From contig JAWODN010000055.1 in assembly GCA_046483285.1 (NCBI GenBank), positions 36,530 to 100,529 of the forward strand: 64,000 bases of DNA. The letters run 5' to 3'. Each line of letters opens with the position of its first letter. Position 1 is the first letter of the stretch. This stretch comes from Candidatus Aminicenantes bacterium (GTDB lineage: Bacteria > Acidobacteriota > Aminicenantia > Aminicenantales > Aminicenantaceae). A model generated the notes under the pieces. That model made no database searches. It had not been told where the DNA came from and saw only the letters and a program-made list of their open reading frames with translations. This document shows, one piece after another, positions 7,401 to 15,633 of this stretch. A program made the position numbers and the translations under genes.

Positions 7401-10289
7401 ATGAAAAGCCTGCAAGAAATTGCCGAACAATCCTCATTAAGTTTGCAAGATTTAAAGGAAATCGAAGATATCATCCTCAGCCACGAACATTTTTCTCAGA
7501 AATCGGTGAGGAAAGAGATGGAGTGGTTTTTTACGCAGTTGGGAATGCCGGATTATTATTTTCAAACCACGCCTTTAAAAACCATCGCCATGCACATAGA
7601 GGCGGTCAAATCCAGCGAGGTGATGGCCTCTGTCAGCGCGGATAAAGACCTTATTATTGACATGCGCACGGAGTCGGAAGACGAAGCCATTTACCTGGTG
7701 GATGATGAGCATGACCACGCCTTGGAGGTGGAAAGGCGGATTGAGCAGAAATATCCTAATTTCCGCATCCATTCCTACCGGACTTCGGGCAAGGCTCTGG
7801 GACGCGAGCATTTGCGGATATACCTTGTGTACCGCCCCCAGATCGATATGAGCCGGCTATCACCCGAGGAAACCGACCTGAATAAAATCGCATGCCGGCG
7901 TTTTTTAGATACCGCAACCCCTGAGGCCAAGGAAAGATATGACAGGGTTTTGAAAAAGACGGTGGGGTGGGAAACCCCTTTGATAGAGGTCAGCCATAAA
8001 GAGGAAACCAATGAACTCAGAATCATCATCGTCACACCCAGAGATTCCAGCTCCCGGTTCTTTTCCAATGTCTCCGATGTGCTCAACTCGCAGGGACTGG
8101 TTTCAAACCGGAAGTATACCGAGCAGTTTCTTAATGGAAAGACGGTTTATGCCATTTATACTAAAAATATCGAAGATGAACACAAAGTCAAGGATTTGAT
8201 CGCTGACCTCAGCCTGCTTTATGTCATACCTCAAAGTCCCCTTTCCGATTTGTTCCGGGAGGGAAAACTGACGGCGCAAGAGACGGTCTTCGGGGTATCC
8301 GCCTGGAGTTTTGCTTATCAATTTCTCAGTGGATACAATGAGGAATACGTGAAGCTGGCTGAAGTGCTGAAGGATTCCCCGGAAATGCTGGGAATTCTCC
8401 GCAATCTTAAAACCAAACTGGTAAAGGACACTTATACTGAATCTGCGGTCTGGAACAGTCTGGTCCAAAACTATTTATTCCTCAAAAGATTATTTTTTGT
8501 TTTTGAAAAAAAATTTTGTCCCCACCATGAAGATCACGATATTCAAAAAGAAATGGAAGAATTGGAAAAAGAACTGAAGCGCCTGCCCGTCGATTTAGAA
8601 AAGAACATTTTTAAGGCGATAATCCAATTCATCAAAGTCACTCAGAGAACCAATTTCTACAAGTGCGAAAAGACATCGATTTCTTTTATGTTTGAGCCCT
8701 CATTTTTAAATGAAGTGGATTATCCGGAGAAACCGTACCAGATCTTTCATGTTTTGGGGATAGAATTTCGGGGCTTCCACATCCGTTTCAGGGATGTCGC
8801 CCGGGGAGGAATCCGCTTGGTCAGATCCAATGATTATCAATCTTTCATCAACAATTCGGATTTTATTTTTGATGAAAATTACAATCTGGCCTTGACCCAA
8901 CAAAAAAAGAATAAAGATATTCCTGAAGGAGGCTCAAAAGGAACCATCCTTCTGCGCTGGGGCTATCAGGATAAAGGCGAGATGGCCTTTAAAAAGTATA
9001 TCAACGGCCTTTTGGACCTTCTTCTCCCGAAGGAACAGATCCTCGATCACTATGGAAAAGAAGTGATTTTGTTTCTGGGACCGGATGAAGGAACCGCTGA
9101 ATTGATGGAATGGGCGTCCCTGCGGGCCCGCAAACTGGGATACCCTTACTGGAAAGGCTTTTCCACTGGAAAACCGGTGAGGAGAGGAGGCATCCCTCAT
9201 GACCTGTACGGCATGACCACCAATTCGGTTCATCAATATGTGCTGAAATCTTTGGAAAAGCTGGGATTGAAAGAAGAAGACGTAACCAAAGTCATGACCG
9301 GAGGTCCTGACGGCGATCTGGGAAGCAATGAGATTTTGATTTCCAAGGATAAGATTTTGGCTATTGTGGATGGGTCGGGAGTGCTTTATGATCCGGAAGG
9401 CATCAACCGCAAGGAACTGACCCGGCTGGCCGGTGAAAGAATAATGGTGGAAAATTTCAATAAAGAGCTTATATCCGAAAACGGATTTCTCGTCACCATT
9501 GAAGAAAAAGACGTGGTTCTCCCCGGAGGAGAAAAAGTGGAGAGCGGGATGGAATTCCGCAACTTTTTCCACCTGAATCCCAAGTTCCAGGCTGATCTTT
9601 TTGTCCCTTGCGGAGGGCGGCCCGCCTCCATCAATATCAACAATTGGAATAAGTTTATTGACAAAGAAGGGCATCCGCGTTTTAAAATGATTTCTGAAGG
9701 CGCCAATTTGTTTATCACTCAGGAAGCCCGGCTGCGTCTGGAAGAAAATGGGATCATTGTTTTTAAAGATGCTTCTGCCAATAAAGGGGGCGTCACCTCT
9801 TCTTCTATGGAAGTTTTTGCCAGCCTGGCTTTGAGTGATGAGGAGTATGAACAATACATGATGGTTAAGAACGGGAATATCCCTGAGTTCCGGCGGCGCT
9901 ATGTTGAAGAAATTATCGAACTGATCCGCGACAATGCCCGGCTTGAATTCGAGGTCATCGAAAAAGAAAGAGAAAAGAAATCCACGCCAAGGGTGGTGTT
10001 GACGGATTTAGTGAGCCAGAAAATCAACCAGGTGACGGACGCCGTCTACGCATCTGATTTGCATAAAGACAAGAAGTTGTTTGAAAATGCTGTCAAGGGC
10101 TGCTGCCCATCGGTTTTAATGGAGACGGTGGATTTTGATCAAGTTTTAAAGCGGGTTCCGGATGCCTATCTCAGGGCGGCTTTTGCTTCCCGCCTGGCCA
10201 GCCGGTATGTGTATTCTCTCGGCCTGAATGCCAATGAAATCGACTTTCATAAATATATCGACTTTACCCGCCGCGGAGAGATTCAATAG
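7401..10289 (+). CDS. Large NAD-specific glutamate dehydrogenase, L_115 class (about 110 kDa)
   Basis: The central region has the Glu/Leu/Phe/Val-dehydrogenase hallmarks: K-rich catalytic glycine motif DIPEGGSKGTILL, dinucleotide fold GGPDGDLGSNE and ISEGANLFIT. The 962-aa length matches the L_115 subclass. Confidence 0.6.
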   Translation: MKSLQEIAEQSSLSLQDLKEIEDIILSHEHFSQKSVRKEMEWFFTQLGMPDYYFQTTPLKTIAMHIEAVKSSEVMASVSADKDLIIDMRTESEDEAIYLVDDEHDHALEVERRIEQKYPNFRIHSYRTSGKALGREHLRIYLVYRPQIDMSRLSPEETDLNKIACRRFLDTATPEAKERYDRVLKKTVGWETPLIEVSHKEETNELRIIIVTPRDSSSRFFSNVSDVLNSQGLVSNRKYTEQFLNGKTVYAIYTKNIEDEHKVKDLIADLSLLYVIPQSPLSDLFREGKLTAQETVFGVSAWSFAYQFLSGYNEEYVKLAEVLKDSPEMLGILRNLKTKLVKDTYTESAVWNSLVQNYLFLKRLFFVFEKKFCPHHEDHDIQKEMEELEKELKRLPVDLEKNIFKAIIQFIKVTQRTNFYKCEKTSISFMFEPSFLNEVDYPEKPYQIFHVLGIEFRGFHIRFRDVARGGIRLVRSNDYQSFINNSDFIFDENYNLALTQQKKNKDIPEGGSKGTILLRWGYQDKGEMAFKKYINGLLDLLLPKEQILDHYGKEVILFLGPDEGTAELMEWASLRARKLGYPYWKGFSTGKPVRRGGIPHDLYGMTTNSVHQYVLKSLEKLGLKEEDVTKVMTGGPDGDLGSNEILISKDKILAIVDGSGVLYDPEGINRKELTRLAGERIMVENFNKELISENGFLVTIEEKDVVLPGGEKVESGMEFRNFFHLNPKFQADLFVPCGGRPASININNWNKFIDKEGHPRFKMISEGANLFITQEARLRLEENGIIVFKDASANKGGVTSSSMEVFASLALSDEEYEQYMMVKNGNIPEFRRRYVEEIIELIRDNARLEFEVIEKEREKKSTPRVVLTDLVSQKINQVTDAVYASDLHKDKKLFENAVKGCCPSVLMETVDFDQVLKRVPDAYLRAAFASRLASRYVYSLGLNANEIDFHKYIDFTRRGEIQ

Positions 10290-10295
10290 ACCGGC

Positions 10296-10368
10296 GCGAT
10301 GAATGATCCGGCAGATGTGGTGAGATCCGGCCCGCCCGCAAGGACGTTTTTTTATGAATAAGCCAGGC
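10296..10368 (+). repeat. Mosaic-repeat fragment (G-like GATGTGGTGAGATCCGGCCCGCCCG, then T7-ATGAATAAGCCAGG), facing the desulforedoxin start
   Basis: Shares GATGCGGTGAGATCCGGCCCG with 15225-15240 and 56622-56645. Ends in the T7-ATGAATA box 33 nt before the start at 10401. Confidence 0.7.
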
Positions 10369-10400
10369 GAAGTAATGTTTCAATTAATAAGGAGGGAAAC

Positions 10401-10520
10401 ATGGCTGAACAGGATAAGATTTATGTGTGCTCGGTTTGCGGGCAGCAAGTTAAGGTGGTTAAGTCAGGTATGGGGACACTTGTCTGCTGCAATCAGCCCA
10501 TGACAGTCAAAAAAGATTAA
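10401..10520 (+). CDS. Desulforedoxin (39 aa, Cys4 iron centre)
   Basis: MAEQDKIYVCSVCGQQVKVVKSGMGTLVCCNQPMTVKKD. The C-x2-C...CC spacing is identical to D. gigas desulforedoxin ([36 protein letters not shown]). The RBS GGAGGG sits 7 nt upstream. Not in the ORF track because it is under 60 aa. Confidence 0.75.
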   Translation: MAEQDKIYVCSVCGQQVKVVKSGMGTLVCCNQPMTVKKD

Positions 10521-10537
10521 CCACGAGAGGAGAACAA

Positions 10538-10990
10538 ATGAATTTTTCCAATTTTCGGGATGTTATTGATTTTGCTATCAAAAGGGAGGAAGAGGCTATA
10601 GAGTCATATGGAGATATGCTGGAGCAAACCCGCATGCCGGGGCTGAAAGAACTGCTTTCTGAACTTCGCGAAGAAGAAAAAAAGCATAAAAAGCTTCTTC
10701 AGAATATCAGTTCGGAAAAAATAGAAACTTTGAAAATTAAAGATGTCACGGATCTGAAAATCAGTGATTACCTGGTGGAAGAGCCCACCGGCCAGGATAT
10801 GAATTTTCAGGATTTGCTGATTTATGCGGCCAAGAAGGAAAAAAAAGCGGCTGATCTTTATTCTCAATTGTCTGAACGTTCAGAAGATCCGGAGCTGAAA
10901 AAATTATTTGATTTTTTAGTCCAGCAGGAAAAATCACATAAGTTGAAAATAGAAAAAGAGTATGACGACCACGTCCTGGAATGGGATTGA
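10538..10990 (+). CDS. Rubrerythrin-like ferritin-fold diiron protein without a rubredoxin domain
   Basis: Four-helix-bundle E...ExxH pattern (EEEAIESYGDM, EEEKKHKKL, AAKKEKKAADLY, QQEKSHKLK). Begins 18 nt after desulforedoxin. Confidence 0.55.
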   Translation: MNFSNFRDVIDFAIKREEEAIESYGDMLEQTRMPGLKELLSELREEEKKHKKLLQNISSEKIETLKIKDVTDLKISDYLVEEPTGQDMNFQDLLIYAAKKEKKAADLYSQLSERSEDPELKKLFDFLVQQEKSHKLKIEKEYDDHVLEWD

Positions 10991-11043
10991 TTCCTGTGTC
11001 AGTTGGAATAAAAGATTAAGCGCATTCTTAAGCTGAATAACAC

Positions 11044-11275
11044 ACGGGCCGGGATTGCCGCAGACGGCGACAATTCTTTAATCCAATGTCATTCCGAGGT
11101 GCGATGCGGCGAGGGATTTCTGGCGGCCTCGTCTGGGCGGCGGGTCCCGCCTTCACGAGGCAGGAAGGGATTGCCACGGCTTGCTGGCGCAAGCCTCGCA
11201 ATGACAAGGGGTGTGTCAGGAAGGAATTGCCGCAAAGAAACGATTTTCTGGGGTATAAGTCAGGCATATAAGGTT
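11044..11275 (+). repeat. Mosaic repeat (modules B, C-variant and pre-start motif), facing the porin gene
   Basis: CACGGGCCGGGATTGCCGCAGACGGCGACAATTCTTTAAT (B), then ...CACGAGGCAGGAAGGGATTGCCACGGCTTGCTGGCGCAAGCCTCGCAATGACAAGGGG (C, 3' half identical to 15400-15458 and 56190-56248), then GGGTATAAGTCAGGCATATAAGG before the ATG at 11280. ORFs 11028-11267(-) and 11086-11271(+) lie inside it and are spurious. Confidence 0.8.
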
Positions 11276-11279
11276 TGAG

Positions 11280-12296
11280 ATGAGAAAACTATTGCTTCCG
11301 GTGGTCATGGCTGTGTTCTTGATAAGCGGGGGAGGCAAAATTTCCGCGCAGACAAAAATATCCGGATTCATAGCTCTTGATTACGTGAAAAGCCGCACTT
11401 CCAGTTTTACGGAGGGGTCGTTTTCCAATGGACAGACAGGATTGGTTTTTTCCGGGATTGTGACTGAAAATGTCAATTGGCTGTCAGAAATCAGGGCGGC
11501 GGCGGATAAAGAATTTTCTTTACAGCAAGCATGGATCCAGCTGGCGGCTTCTTCTTTAATCCGCCCCAAAATCGGATTATATCTGGTTCCGTTCGGATCT
11601 TATAATCAGACTAACCGGCCTCATCAGACGGCACTTGTCGATTTTCCTTTGCCCGTGAAGTATCTTTATCCCCGGGATTGGCGGGATCTCGGCTTAGTGC
11701 TGGAGGGCCGGCTTTTCGGCTTGAATTATTCCGCCTATACGGGAAACGGGACTCGCGAAGCTGAATATTTAACCGGGGGCCAGCAGTTTGAGGATCAAAA
11801 TTCCAACAAAAGCGTGGGGTTTCGTTTGAATATTCCTTTGGACTCGAGGCTGAATGTTTCCTACTCTTTCTACCGGGAGAAATATGACCAGGATCATTCC
11901 AGGATCCTGGCCATGCATGCGGTGAGCGGGGGCTGGAGAACCGAAGGATTTCAAATCACAGGGGAATATTACCGGACGGATATGGACAATCCCGGGGATT
12001 TTGACTCCGGAAAAGCCGAGGGATATTATGTTCAGTTGAAAGTGAATCTGGGGGGATTCAGACCGGTGGGGAGCTACCAGAGCCTGGTCTATACCGATCC
12101 TTTTCATGGTCCGGGCTTCACAAGCCCGGGTCATGCCGGGGCCGGGATTGATATCAACAGGTCGCGGTGGACTTTGGGGATAAATGCTGTTTTATCAGAG
12201 AAAGTGATTTTAAAACTGGAATATCAATTTGACGAAGATGAATCTCAGGCCGAAGAGGGCCGGGTTCTTCTTTTGCAGGCGGCTTTGAGTTTTTGA
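11280..12296 (+). CDS. Outer-membrane beta-barrel protein (porin-like), signal peptide, C-terminal Phe
   Basis: Signal peptide MRKLLLPVVMAVFLISGGGKISAQ. Alternating amphipathic beta-strand pattern. Terminal ...AALSF. Confidence 0.5.
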   Translation: MRKLLLPVVMAVFLISGGGKISAQTKISGFIALDYVKSRTSSFTEGSFSNGQTGLVFSGIVTENVNWLSEIRAAADKEFSLQQAWIQLAASSLIRPKIGLYLVPFGSYNQTNRPHQTALVDFPLPVKYLYPRDWRDLGLVLEGRLFGLNYSAYTGNGTREAEYLTGGQQFEDQNSNKSVGFRLNIPLDSRLNVSYSFYREKYDQDHSRILAMHAVSGGWRTEGFQITGEYYRTDMDNPGDFDSGKAEGYYVQLKVNLGGFRPVGSYQSLVYTDPFHGPGFTSPGHAGAGIDINRSRWTLGINAVLSEKVILKLEYQFDEDESQAEEGRVLLLQAALSF

Positions 12297-12322
12297 GCCA
12301 AAGAAAAAAAGAGAGAACAGAA

Positions 12323-13654
12323 ATGGCGAACACAGCGATTGTCGGAATGCAATGGGGCGATGAAGGCAAAGGCAAGGTCACGGACTTGTTGACTCCGGGA
12401 TTTGAGATTGTCGCCCGTTATCAAGGCGGAAATAACGCGGGGCATACGGTTTTTATCAACGGAAAGAAAATTGTTCTGCATCTTATTCCCTCAGGTATCC
12501 TTCACCAGGATAAGTTGTGTCTCATCGGAAACGGAGTGGTGGTGGATCCCCAAGCGTTTTTTCAGGAATTGGAAGAGCTGAAAAGCAATGGAATTGAGAA
12601 CGAAAAAAATATCATGATAAGCCGGTGCGCCCATCTCATTTTACCCTATCATTCCCGCATTGAAGCCGCTTTGGAAACCCACCGGGACCGCCCCATCGGC
12701 ACCACCTGCCGGGGCATCGGGCCGGCTTATGTGGATAAATTCGGCCGTCAGGGGATAAGGGCCGGAGATATTTTCCATCATTCGGAATTGAAAAAGAAAA
12801 TCAGCCGCAATGTCACGGAAAAAAACGTCATCCTCGAACATTACGGGCTTCCTCAAATCAATGAAAACGAGGTCTTTGATCAATTCATGGAGTGCGCTGA
12901 AAAACTGAAACCCTATGTTCAGGATGTGTCCCTGGTTTTAAACCGGGAGATTGGAAGAGGGCGGACGGTTTTACTGGAAGGCGCCCAGGGAACTTTGCTG
13001 GATATAGACCACGGGACCTATCCTTATGTCACCTCATCCAATTCCAGTGCCGGGGGGATTTGTTCCGGCTTGGGAATCGGGCCGGATCAAGTCAATCAAG
13101 TCCTGGGTGTCGCCAAGGCCTACACCACACGGGTGGGAGAAGGCCCCTTTCCCACGGAAATCAGCGGGGAAAAAGGCACATATATATTGGAAAAAGGCCG
13201 TGAATTCGGAGCCACCACCGGAAGGCCCCGCAGGTGCGGTTGGCTGGACCTGGTGGCTCTGAAATATGCCGTGAGGATAAACGGCGTCCGGCATATCGCT
13301 CTGACAAAGCCGGATGTGCTGGACGGACTTCCTGAAATCAAAATATGCCAAGCTTATGACTATAAAGGAGAGAAAATCTCGGAATTTCCCCTGGAAACGC
13401 ACGTTTTAGAACATGTCAAACCTGTTTACAGCTCCGTGAAGGGATGGGAACAGCCGGTCCGGGGTTTAAGGGATTTTCAGAGTCTTCCTGCGGGATTCAG
13501 GGATTATATCGCTTTAATTGAGGATTTTATCGGCGCCGGAGTCACGCTTGTTTCTACGGGAGCTGAGCGGAATGATACCATTATCCTGGAAGAAATGGGA
13601 GAATTCATGAATCTTAAAGCCGTTCATGCTCATCTTGAAAAACAGCCCCAATGA
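12323..13654 (+). CDS. purA: Adenylosuccinate synthetase
   Basis: QWGDEGKGK P-loop, GNNAGHT, TTCRGIGPAY, GTTGRPRRCGW. Start taken at MANTAIVG; the ORF track begins 30 nt earlier. Confidence 0.9.
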   Translation: MANTAIVGMQWGDEGKGKVTDLLTPGFEIVARYQGGNNAGHTVFINGKKIVLHLIPSGILHQDKLCLIGNGVVVDPQAFFQELEELKSNGIENEKNIMISRCAHLILPYHSRIEAALETHRDRPIGTTCRGIGPAYVDKFGRQGIRAGDIFHHSELKKKISRNVTEKNVILEHYGLPQINENEVFDQFMECAEKLKPYVQDVSLVLNREIGRGRTVLLEGAQGTLLDIDHGTYPYVTSSNSSAGGICSGLGIGPDQVNQVLGVAKAYTTRVGEGPFPTEISGEKGTYILEKGREFGATTGRPRRCGWLDLVALKYAVRINGVRHIALTKPDVLDGLPEIKICQAYDYKGEKISEFPLETHVLEHVKPVYSSVKGWEQPVRGLRDFQSLPAGFRDYIALIEDFIGAGVTLVSTGAERNDTIILEEMGEFMNLKAVHAHLEKQPQ

Positions 13655-14796
13655 TGTCAGCCTCTCTTCAATGGATTGAAATCGACGCGCAGGCCTTGCG
13701 CTTTAATATCCGCCAATTCCGGTCCCTGATCGGCGCCGCACGCAAACTTTTGGTGGTGGTGAAGTCCAATGCCTATGGACACGGTATCCTTCCGGTTTCC
13801 CGTATCGTTTTGGACGAGGGTGCTGATTGGCTGGGAGTCAATGACTTGGAGGAAGGATTGCTCCTGCGCCGGAATGGGTTCACCTGTCCTATTTTGGTGG
13901 TGGGGTATGTTCCTCTGCCGGACCTGAAAACAGCAGTCGACTCCGATCTCCGTTTAACTGTTTATAATATGGAAACCGTCGACCGGTTATCCGAAGTCTG
14001 CCGGGGCCTTAACCGAAGGGCCCGGGTGCATCTCAAAGTGGAGACCGGGACCCACCGGCAGGGCATCAGAGAGCATGAGGTTTTTGATTTTGTCCGAAAG
14101 ATCCGCAATCTTCCGGGGCTGGTCCTGGAAGGCCTCTCGTCGCATTTCGCCAATATCGAAGACACCACCGACCCTGCGTATGCCGAATTTCAATTGGGAA
14201 ATTTCCAGCGCATCGGCCGCCGCTTGAAAGAGCATGGCTATGAAATTCCGTTGAAACATTTCACTTGTTCGGCCGCGGCTATTCTTTTTCCGGAAACTTA
14301 TTTTGATATGGTCCGGGTGGGAATCGGGGCCTATGGTCTTTGGCCGTCACGGGAGGTGTATGTGTCCAATCTTCTCCGCCGTCAAGAACCGGTCCGGTTA
14401 AGGCCGGTTTTATCCTGGAAATCCAAAGTCGTCCAGGTCAAGCATGTTCCTAAAGATGCGTTTGTCGGGTACGGCTGCACCTATAAAACCACCCGGGAGA
14501 CGCGCCTGGCGGTTTTACCGGTGGGATACAGAGACGGTTACGGCCGGGCTTTATCCGGCCGGTCTTATGTGCTGATTAACGGCCGGCGGGCGCCGGTGCG
14601 GGGGAGAATCTGCATGAATTTTATGATGGCGGATATATCGGATATTGAAGGAGTCCGCCTGGAGGATGAAGCCGTTCTGGTCGGCGGGAGCCGGAATGAA
14701 AAGATCACCGTGGATTCGCTGGCAGATTTGATGGAAACCATCAATTATGAGTTTGTAGCCCGGATTCATCCCGGGATACCCCGGGTATTGATTTGA
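13651..14796 (+). CDS. alr: Alanine racemase
   Basis: PLP-binding site VVKSNAYGHG and C-terminal catalytic Tyr region. ATGA overlap with purA. Confidence 0.85.
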   Translation: MMSASLQWIEIDAQALRFNIRQFRSLIGAARKLLVVVKSNAYGHGILPVSRIVLDEGADWLGVNDLEEGLLLRRNGFTCPILVVGYVPLPDLKTAVDSDLRLTVYNMETVDRLSEVCRGLNRRARVHLKVETGTHRQGIREHEVFDFVRKIRNLPGLVLEGLSSHFANIEDTTDPAYAEFQLGNFQRIGRRLKEHGYEIPLKHFTCSAAAILFPETYFDMVRVGIGAYGLWPSREVYVSNLLRRQEPVRLRPVLSWKSKVVQVKHVPKDAFVGYGCTYKTTRETRLAVLPVGYRDGYGRALSGRSYVLINGRRAPVRGRICMNFMMADISDIEGVRLEDEAVLVGGSRNEKITVDSLADLMETINYEFVARIHPGIPRVLI

Positions 14797-14933
14797 GTAA
14801 TGTCTACTAAAACTATAGGAAAATTGACTCATTTCCAGGGAAATGATATGCTTAAAACTCAGATTTTCGATGCTTCAAAAGTACCGGAAGCTGATCTGTA
14901 ATCAACATAAATTTATTTGAATTTAAAGGAGTC

Positions 14934-15158
14934 ATGAAAATGAAAGAAAAAGTTCAAGCTGTATTGGATAAAATCCGGCCTTCTCTGAAAGCGGACGGAG
15001 GCGACGTGGAATTCGTGGGGATGGAAGACGGAGTGGTGAAGGTGAAATTGACCGGAGCCTGCGCTGGTTGCCCCATGTCCCAGATGACTTTAAAGATGGG
15101 AATTGAGAAATTACTGAAAAAGGAAATTCCGGAAGTCAAGGAAGTGGTGTCTGTCTGA
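14934..15158 (+). CDS. NifU-like Fe-S cluster scaffold domain protein (Nfu)
   Basis: 74 aa with the C-A-G-C-P motif (LTGACAGCPMS) of the NifU C-terminal domain. Confidence 0.7.
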   Translation: MKMKEKVQAVLDKIRPSLKADGGDVEFVGMEDGVVKVKLTGACAGCPMSQMTLKMGIEKLLKKEIPEVKEVVSV

Positions 15159-15171
15159 GTATTTCTGGCTC

Positions 15172-15633
15172 TGCAGCCATGGGAGCGGGAGATGGATCGC
15201 CGCCCCCATGGCCGCAAGATGCGGTGAGATCCGGCCCGGATGAATTATTTTTTTATGAGTTCATTATGAGTATAATACACCGTGAAGGATGAAAATGATT
15301 CCAATGTCATTCCCGGAGCGGAGCACTTTTGAGTCTGTCATTCCGAGACACGCAGTGCCTCGGAATCCCTGACTGCTTCGTATGAGCGGTGGGTTCCGCT
15401 TTCACGAGGCAGGAAGAGATTGCCACGGCTTGCTGGCGCAAGCTTCGCGATGACAAGGGGCATGTCGTCCCGGGGAGCGGAGCAGCGGGAATCTTAGAGT
15501 GCCTCGGCTAATGATTCGGAACCGGCTCATCAGACGAAGCCGAATAAGATCCTTACGGCCTGCTTCGCAGGCCTCAGGATGACAGCGGAGCTGTCATTTT
15601 CTAAGGTATAGGTCAGGATAAGGTATAGGCGAA
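15172..15633 (+). repeat. Mosaic repeat, modules H/G-F-C-D, facing nadA
   Basis: H/G is CCATGGGAGCGGGAGATGGATCGCCGCCCCCATGG...GATGCGGTGAGATCCGGCCCGG. F (15247-15336) is T7-ATGAGTTCAT, TATAAT at 15271, then ACACCGTGAAGGATGAAAATGATTCCAATGTCATTCCCGGAGCGGAGC. C is 15337-15462. D is 15463-15633 and ends in CTAAGGTATAGGTCAGGATAAGGTATAGGCGAA before the ATG. About 95% identical to 56034-56400. Confidence 0.85.

Noticed and set aside
8934-9854. 306-aa antisense ORF inside the GDH gene, plus similar long antisense ORFs (17913-18620, 19547-20248, 20875-21354, 21952-22485, 35470-36102, 39602-40117, 40190-40813, 41719-42126, 53895-54359)
   Set aside because: All lie opposite well-supported genes with strong motifs. 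They are low-complexity and have no recognisable domains, so they are typical shadow ORFs.
11028-11271. ORFs 11028-11267(-) and 11086-11271(+), together with related ORFs 56115-56369, 56431-56661, 36143-36346, 27047-27478, 27317-27514, 15717-16091 and 46025-46228
   Set aside because: They lie entirely inside repeat modules. The shared peptides (for example AFTRQEGIATACWRKPRNDK) arise from DNA-level identity. Frames differ and are cut by stops between copies. There is no RBS or codon-usage support.
15601-15633. GGTCAGGATAAGG strings resembling the SRP RNA motif AGGUCAGGUCCGGAAGG
   Set aside because: The GAAGCAGC helix-8 partner is missing. The sequence is multi-copy and part of the repeat terminus. 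SRP RNA would be single-copy.
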